Shown here: positions 26,318 to 32,000 of the stretch, in pieces
Position numbering within the stretch: position 1 is the first letter of the stretch
Layout: the number at the start of each line of letters is the position of its first letter
NCBI RefSeq assembly: GCF_042660085.1
Contig: NZ_JBHSTI010000008.1
Coordinates: 2,085,604 to 2,117,603 of the forward strand
DNA length: 32,000 bases
Source: Longivirga aurantiaca
GTDB lineage: Bacteria > Actinomycetota > Actinomycetes > S36-B12 > CAIYMF01
Reading direction: 5' to 3'
Position numbers and translations under genes: made by a program
The notes under the pieces: generated by a model
Databases searched by the model: none
What the model saw: only the letters and a program-made list of their open reading frames with translations
What the model was told of the DNA's origin: nothing

Positions 26318-28723
26318 TCACTTCGTCGAGGTGAGCTTCACCCACATCGACGTCTTGTTCTGGTTGATCACACGGATCCTGACGCCGGCGTTGGGCACCT
26401 TCACGCCCGCACCCGGAGCCTCCGCGTACCAGTAGGTGCGGCTGTCGTCGAAGACTGGCTGCGCCTTCTGGCTCTTGATCTTGTTGAGCTCGCTGTTCAG
26501 GTGCAGGTAGAGCGCGTCCGTGCGCTGCACCGAGAACGGGGCGTCGTACACCTGCACGCGACCACGCCACGGCGTGCCGTCGTTGCGGAGCAGGGGCACG
26601 GGGTGCGAGTCGATCGGGAGGATCAGGCCCTCGCCGGGGTGCTCGCTCTTGTTGTTGTCGTTGAACGAGGTGTCCCAGTACGAGATGAGCAGGCCGTCCT
26701 GGTACGGGAAGTGCTCGACCTTGTTGGTGTTCACGTCGTTGAACCCGAAGTTGTACGGACCCGTCTTCAGGTAGACGTCGTACGACGTGTACGCGCGGTA
26801 CGAGGCGATGTAGTAGTGGTTGTACGGCGCGGTCGAGGAGGCACCGACGGCCGCGAAGCCGTCCGAGGTCCAGCCGTTGTCGCCGCTCTCGGCACCGTCC
26901 GAGAACACCGTGTTCGCACCGGCGGTGACGGCGATGTCGTCGGCGAAGAAGCCGATCCCACCGACGGCGCCGTCGGTCGCGTAGCGGAAGCGCAGGTCGA
27001 CCGTCTTGCCGGCGTACGCCGACAGGTCCACCGTCGCCGGCACCCAGGCTCCGTTCGAGGAGCCGTCGATGCCGTTGTTCTCCGCAGGCTGGGTGACGCC
27101 GGCAGCGGGCAGCGACTTGAAGCCGGTGCCGTCGTCGACCTCGATGTACGCGTAGTCGCACGGGGTGTCGCCGCAGTCCTCGACGTCCCAGTTGGCCTGG
27201 AACGTGAGGGTCGCCGCCGGGCTGGCGGGCACCGCGACCGAGCGGGTGAGCGTGTTGTTCAGGTCGTCACCCGATCCCGACCACCAGGAGCTCGCACCCG
27301 ACTTCGGCGGCACGAGATCGATCGTGACGTCCTTCGGCGGGAGCACCACGATGAGCGACTGCGGCAGCGCGGTGTTGTACTCATGCGGGCCGAGCTTCAG
27401 GGTCGTGGTGTCGCCTGCGAAGGCGACCCGGTAGTCGAGCCACCCCAGCTGGAGCTTGTCCCAGGCCGAGAGGTCGGCAGAGCGGGTGCCGATGCCCTGG
27501 TCGCCCGGCTTCCACACACGGCTCTGGGCCATGAGGGTCCACCAGTCGACGCCGTTGTCGCCGCCGCCCGCCGTGTCGTAGTGGTCCGGCAGACCGAGGT
27601 CGTGGCCGTACTCGTGCGTGAAGACCGACAGGCCGCCGTTCTCGGGCTGGATGGTGTAGTCGCCGATCCAGACGCCGGTCTCGCCGATCTGGGTGCCGCC
27701 GAGCGGCGCGGCCGCGGGGCCGTCACCCTCGGAGCCGTCGAAGAAGGCGTACCAGCGGTGGCTCCAGATGGCGTCCTCACCCTGGTACGGGTCGCCATCG
27801 GCCTCGTCGCCACCGGCGTGCACGATCTGGAAGTGGTCGATGTAGCCGTCGGCCTCGTTGAAGTTGCCGTCGCCGTCCGCGTCGTAGCGGTCCCACTGGT
27901 CGAAGGTCGCGAGCTCGGCGGCGATGTCCGCGTCGCTGCGGCCGGCGGCCTTCTGGTCAGCGACCCACTGGTCGGCGGCGTCGCGGATGAGGGCCCAGGT
28001 GTTCGTGCAGACGATGTCGCCGCAGTCGTTGCGACCGTAGCGGGCCTCGTTGTACTTCACCTTCACCCAGTTGCTGACGGTGCCGTCGACGCTGTAGCGG
28101 CCCGAGCTCTGGCGCTGGTAGTAGGTCTTGAGCGACTCGACCCCGTACCCGGTGCCGAAGTACATCTTCTGGAAGAACGCCTGGTTGGAGTCCGCCTGCC
28201 AGACCGTGGAGTTGTCGGACGTCGCCGGCTTGGGGATCTGGTTGTGCAGCGGGCCGTCGAAGACGGTCGGCCCGGGGGTGTCGGGGTCGGAGTCGACGTC
28301 GGGGTACGCCGGGTCACGGTCGTTGCCGAACTCGGCGAGGATCACGAAGATCTTGTCCGTCGTCTCGCGCGCGAGCTCGACGTAGTTGTGGGTCCTGTTG
28401 ACGCTGTACCCGGACGACGCGCGCCGCGACGACGCGTTCGCCGCGGTGGCCGACGCTCCTGGGCCGAGGTCGACGACGGTGCTGCCGCCCCGCTGCACCG
28501 GAGTCGCCGTGCCGTCCAGGACCGCCTGCAGAGCGGCCTGGCGCTCGGCGCGACGCTTGTCCTCGAGCGGGTTCGGCAGATCATGGTTCTGGCCCTTGGC
28601 CGTGGACACCGCGGACGGTGCCTTGGCCCCGTCGGTCGATACGGCACTCGCTGCTGCTCCACCGGTGGCGATGCTTCCGCACACCAGGGCGAGCCCCAGG
28701 AGCCCCACTACGGGTCGACGCAC
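26318..28723 (-). CDS. Secreted immune-inhibitor-A-like M6 family metalloprotease
   Basis: 801 aa; signal peptide; HEYGHDLGLPDHYD zinc motif; KIFVILAEFGNDRDPAYP; MAM/CBM-like region WWSGSGDDLNNTLTRSVAVPA. Confidence 0.93.
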   Translation of the reverse strand: MRRPVVGLLGLALVCGSIATGGAAASAVSTDGAKAPSAVSTAKGQNHDLPNPLEDKRRAERQAALQAVLDGTATPVQRGGSTVVDLGPGASATAANASSRRASSGYSVNRTHNYVELARETTDKIFVILAEFGNDRDPAYPDVDSDPDTPGPTVFDGPLHNQIPKPATSDNSTVWQADSNQAFFQKMYFGTGYGVESLKTYYQRQSSGRYSVDGTVSNWVKVKYNEARYGRNDCGDIVCTNTWALIRDAADQWVADQKAAGRSDADIAAELATFDQWDRYDADGDGNFNEADGYIDHFQIVHAGGDEADGDPYQGEDAIWSHRWYAFFDGSEGDGPAAAPLGGTQIGETGVWIGDYTIQPENGGLSVFTHEYGHDLGLPDHYDTAGGGDNGVDWWTLMAQSRVWKPGDQGIGTRSADLSAWDKLQLGWLDYRVAFAGDTTTLKLGPHEYNTALPQSLIVVLPPKDVTIDLVPPKSGASSWWSGSGDDLNNTLTRSVAVPASPAATLTFQANWDVEDCGDTPCDYAYIEVDDGTGFKSLPAAGVTQPAENNGIDGSSNGAWVPATVDLSAYAGKTVDLRFRYATDGAVGGIGFFADDIAVTAGANTVFSDGAESGDNGWTSDGFAAVGASSTAPYNHYYIASYRAYTSYDVYLKTGPYNFGFNDVNTNKVEHFPYQDGLLISYWDTSFNDNNKSEHPGEGLILPIDSHPVPLLRNDGTPWRGRVQVYDAPFSVQRTDALYLHLNSELNKIKSQKAQPVFDDSRTYWYAEAPGAGVKVPNAGVRIRVINQNKTSMWVKLTSTK

Positions 28724-29020
28724 TCTTCCCTCCCCAATTTCGGCCGGGCCGCGATGCGCCCCGGCGCAAACATGGCCACGGAGATCGTCCGTGGTCCACG
28801 CGGCAACCTAGGTGCCGGTGATGACCGCTGCCAGCACTTCGGGTCACGTTTTCGCGGCGGTGGCCGCGTGTGACCGTAGATCCTCCGGCCAGGTGACCAT
28901 GGACCACCGAGAATTGCGGAACTGCCCTTCGGGTCACGGACGGCGACCGTCCGGCCAGCGGTGATCGTCGCCCCGACAGGGCTGAGGACCGTGTTCATCT
29001 TCGGGGGCTAGCGTCGAGTC

Positions 29021-29218
29021 ATGGCGAAGTTGAGCAAGTCCGAGGCACTGGCGGAGTGGCGTGAGGCCGAGGACCGGTACCGCGCCGTCCTCGAGGTCTA
29101 CCTGACCGACGGCGGCGACAAGGCGCGCATCGACAAGGACGCGGCGGTCAGGATCGCGAAGGCCCGGGCGAAGGCCGACAAGCGGCTCGACGCCTGCCTG
29201 CACCGCCTCCTCGACTGA
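29021..29218 (+). CDS. Small hypothetical protein, 65 aa
   Basis: MAKLSKSEALAEWREAEDRYRAVLEVYLTDGGDKARIDKDAAVRIAKARAKADKRLDACLHRLLD; charged, helical. Confidence 0.7.
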   Translation: MAKLSKSEALAEWREAEDRYRAVLEVYLTDGGDKARIDKDAAVRIAKARAKADKRLDACLHRLLD

Positions 29219-29318
29219 GCCCGCCGCATCGTCGACCGCGTCGGTGTCGGGTTGGTGCCAGGGTCGGGGTCGCGCCCGGACGAGTCGCAGCAGAAGTCGT
29301 GTGTCACAACGACTTCCG

Positions 29319-29393
29319 TGGGGCGGGTGGGGCTCGAACCCACGACCTGACGGATTATGAGTCCGCTGCTCTGACCAGCTGAGCTACCGCCCC
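29319..29393 (-). tRNA. tRNA with CAT anticodon (elongator Met or Ile2)
   Basis: GGGGCGGTAGCTCAGCTGGTCAGAGCAGCGGACTCATAATCCG...GGTCGTGGGTTCGAGCCCCACCCGCCCCA; full cloverleaf. CCA not encoded. Confidence 0.9.
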
Positions 29394-29485
29394 GGCCGGA
29401 GCAGCCTAGTAAGGACCAGGCACCAGCTGGGTGACGTGCGCCGTTGACCTCGCAACCAGGCGCCCTCCGCACCTAGCCTCGGGGC

Positions 29486-30606
29486 GTGCACGAGGGGGAT
29501 CGCCGCCGCGCCGGGCGCGCCGCACGCACGCCTGACGTGCGCGGCGAGCTCGTGCGCCGCTCCGCCCTCGCGTCCCGGTCGATCCTCCTCATCGGTCCGC
29601 CCGCTGCGCTCACGCTGGCGTTGCTCACACCGGACGTCGACCTCACCCGGGCCGTGCTGTTCGTGGTTCTGGAGACCGCCACGATCGCGCTCGCGATCCT
29701 CGCTCTCACGGCCCTGCTCCGCGCGCTCGTCCGCGAGCCCCGCAGCGCGACCACCGTGCCCTCCGTGGTGGCGCTGCTGCTGTCGGCGGCCATGTGGCCC
29801 GCGTCCTTCCTTCTCCTGCAGCCGTCGGACCCCCAGGGGGCCTACCTCGGCATCACCTTCTGCATCGCCGCGGCCGCGACGTCGTTGACCGCGACGTCGG
29901 CGTACCGGCCGTTCTTCCTCGCGCTCACCCTGGGCAACCTCGTCCCGATGACGACCATGGTGCTGATCGGCAAGGTGCCCGGTGTGTCCCCCGCGCTGGC
30001 CGTGATCGGGGTCATCTTCATCGGCGCGCTGTTCGTGAGCTTCGAGCAGTCGCACCGCACCATCCTCGAGGCCGTCGGCGCCCGCGTGGTCGAGGAGGGG
30101 CTGTCCGAGCAGCTGTACGAGGCCAACGCACGGCTCGTCCACCGCGCCACCCACGACGACCTCACCGGCCTCGCCAACCGGGCGCTGTTCCGCGACGTCC
30201 TCGAGCGCCGCATCCAGGCCGTGCACGTCGGATCCCGTGAGCTTGCGCTGCTCTATCTCGACCTCGACCGGTTCAAGGTCATCAACGACTCGCTCGGCCA
30301 CGCCGAGGGCGACGCGCTCCTGCGCGCAGCCTCCGAGCGGCTGCGCAGCGTCGTACGCGGCGACGACTCGCAGTGGTGGCATCGGTCGCCGCGCTCGGCC
30401 GGCGCCTGGGGCTGCACGTCACCGCCGAGGGGGTCGAGACCCAGGCGGAGCTCGACGCCGTGGTCGCCGAGGGTGTGAGCACCATCCAGGGCTACCTGTT
30501 CTCCCCGCCGGTCAGCGGCGAGGTGCTGCTCGGCTGGCTGCGCGACGGGCCGCCCTGGCTCACCGTCGACCCCGTTGGGACCGCGCTCCGTCGCCGCCAC
30601 GACTGA
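29486..30606 (+). pseudogene. GGDEF/EAL protein with internal deletion and frame disruption
   Basis: Multi-TM N-terminus then HDDLTGLANRALFRDVLERRI...LALLYLDLDRFKVINDSLGHAEGDALLRAASERLRSVVRGDD, followed at about 30370 in another frame by VASVAALGRRLGLHVTAEGVETQAELDAVVAEGVSTIQGYLFSPPVSGEVLLGWL (EAL C-terminus). GG[DE]EF and EAL catalytic regions absent. Confidence 0.85.
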
Positions 30607-30618
30607 CCCTGGGCAGCG

Positions 30619-30650
30619 CGAAGGCGCCACCCCGGAGGATGGCGCCTTCG
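30619..30650. terminator. Hairpin terminator between GGDEF/EAL remnant and tRNA-Asn
   Basis: cgaaggcgcca (30619-30629) / tggcgccttcg (30640-30650), 11-bp perfect arms. Confidence 0.7.
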
Positions 30651-30657
30651 TCGTCTG

Positions 30658-30729
30658 CTCCCGCGTCTGGATTCGAACCAGAAACCGCCCGATTAACAGT
30701 CGGGAGCTCTGCCGTTGAGCTACGCGGGA
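30658..30729 (-). tRNA. tRNA-Asn (GTT)
   Basis: TCCCGCGTAGCTCAACGGCAGAGCTCCCGACTGTTAATCGGGCGGTTTCTGGTTCGAATCCAGACGCGGGAG; complete cloverleaf. Confidence 0.95.
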
Positions 30730-30821
30730 TGGTGCACGGCTCGCCCGATCCCTCGGTGGAGCAGCCCGAGGAGGATAGCAAGACCGGAGGGCCCGACCGA
30801 AATCGAGTGCAGCCGGGCGGG

Positions 30822-31307
30822 TCACACGCCGAGCGAGGCCCGCAGCTCGGCCAGGGCGGCGTCCGCCCGGGCGCGGAGCTCGGGGTCGCGGCGGTCGAGG
30901 CCGGCGTCGAACACCACCGACCAGCGGAGGTCGGCGGAGCCGGGCACCCGGCGCGCGACGACCCGTGCGCCCTGCGTGCCCGACAGCGTCACGTGGTCCT
31001 GCACGACGATGCTGGCGTTGACCCGCTCGCGCACCACCCCGGCGAGCACGTCGGGAGCCCCGGTGAACGGCACCTGCACCAGCTTCGGTCGACCGCCCGG
31101 CCCGTCCTGCGCCGTGAGGTCGAGGACGCCCTCGGCCCACTGGGCGCGCAGCACGAGGTCCCACGGCACCCGCACCGGGTCGCTGCCCTCGGGCAGGACG
31201 AGCGCCAGCTCGGTGGCGACGACGCTGGAGGCCCCGCTCGGGAGCCACGCCAGCACGCGGTCTCCCCCGGCCCGGGCCTTCACCTCCGGCGGCGTACGGA
31301 ACCTCAC
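30822..31307 (-). CDS. Hypothetical protein coupled to dnaG
   Basis: GTG start overlaps the dnaG stop (GTGA); MRFRTPPEVKARAGGDRVLAWLPSGASSVVATELALVLPEG.... Confidence 0.8.
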   Translation of the reverse strand: MRFRTPPEVKARAGGDRVLAWLPSGASSVVATELALVLPEGSDPVRVPWDLVLRAQWAEGVLDLTAQDGPGGRPKLVQVPFTGAPDVLAGVVRERVNASIVVQDHVTLSGTQGARVVARRVPGSADLRWSVVFDAGLDRRDPELRARADAALAELRASLGV

Positions 31308-32000
31308 GAGCCGCCTCCGGCGACCTGCTCGCGGAGGCCGCGCCGGTACTGCTCGAGGGCGAGGACGTCGGCGAAGAGCGCCTGGTAGGTGTCGGGCTCG
31401 CTCGCCGGCTCGATCCGCTGCAGGCGGGCCTTGAGGTCGGTGATCCGGCGCGACGCGTCGATCTCGAGCAGGCGGGCCACCACCGACTGCGCGTAGCGCG
31501 TGTCCATCTCGTCGATCGGTGACGGCTCCACCGCGAGCTCGTGCACCACGGCGCGGACTGCGTCGTCGGGGCACGCGGCGAGCACGGCGTCGAGCCAGGC
31601 GCGGTCCTCGAGCCCGGCCGCCGCTCCCCCGGCCGCGACGATCGCACGGTGCACGGCGATGTACGCCGGCGAGCGGAAGCCCTCGGTCTCGAGCGCGTCG
31701 ACCCACGTGCCGGCGAGCTGCGGGGCCTGCAGGGCAACCTTCAGCGCCTCCCGCTCGACCGATGCGACCTTGTCGCGCGGGTCCGGGCGCGGCAGCCTCG
31801 GGGGCCCGGCGGGCGCGTCCGGGGCCGTCGGCTGCTCGTACGTGCGGCGGCTGGCGGGCGGCTGGGCCTTGCCCGCGGCCTGCACCGCGCGACGCACCTC
31901 GTCGTCCGGGATGGCGAGCCAGCCCGACAGCAGCCGGATGTACTCCGGCCGCAGCGCCTCGTCGCGGATGCGGGCCACCACGGGCGCGGCCGCGCGCAGA
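31304..32000 (-). CDS. dnaG: DNA primase, C-terminal part (5' end outside window)
   Basis: APVVARIRDEALRPEYIRLLSGWLAIPDDEVRRAV...DPRDKVASVEREALKVALQAPQLAGTWVDAL...ITDLKARLQRIEP. Confidence 0.88.
   Translation of the reverse strand, partial: LRAAAPVVARIRDEALRPEYIRLLSGWLAIPDDEVRRAVQAAGKAQPPASRRTYEQPTAPDAPAGPPRLPRPDPRDKVASVEREALKVALQAPQLAGTWVDALETEGFRSPAYIAVHRAIVAAGGAAAGLEDRAWLDAVLAACPDDAVRAVVHELAVEPSPIDEMDTRYAQSVVARLLEIDASRRITDLKARLQRIEPASEPDTYQALFADVLALEQYRRGLREQVAGGGS

Noticed and set aside
26303-28873. 856-aa plus-strand ORF
   Set aside because: Lies antisense to the InhA-like M6 protease with HEYGHDLGLPDHYD; composition is that of a codon-mirror artefact.
29319-30729. tRNA-associated integrated element between the two tRNAs
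   Set aside because: No integrase, no duplicated tRNA 3' end, and the intervening gene is a degraded GGDEF/EAL gene.

Overview
High-GC actinobacterial chromosomal segment. No rRNA, CRISPR array or recognisable transposase was seen. From left to right it contains: a surface/polysaccharide-type locus (nucleotidyltransferase-like fragment, three paralogous secreted PKD-domain proteins, a family 2 glycosyltransferase, a secreted beta-helix-like protein); a frame-disrupted small membrane-protein gene with 16-bp repeats; an XRE-TPR regulator divergent from a 45-aa secreted-type peptide ending in Cys-Cys, separated by a perfect 18-bp inverted repeat; a PAS-domain pseudogene; a sugar-porter MFS gene; a phosphodiester-glycosidase-like protein; a membrane protein / small XRE / zinc-type oxidoreductase operon with a paired-operator promoter; a frameshifted DUF222-HNH gene bracketed by two homologous hairpins in inverted orientation with compensatory stem changes; a VOC protein; a DUF6421-like / SDR / threonine-aldolase operon behind a DtxR/IdeR-like iron box; a MarR / NAD(P)-binding divergent pair; an immune-inhibitor-A M6 protease; two tRNAs; a collapsed GGDEF/EAL pseudogene; and the 3' end of dnaG. 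The best candidates for something undescribed are the hairpin-bracketed DUF222-HNH unit and the XRE-TPR/small-peptide pair. All domain calls are from reading motifs by eye. No database search was run.
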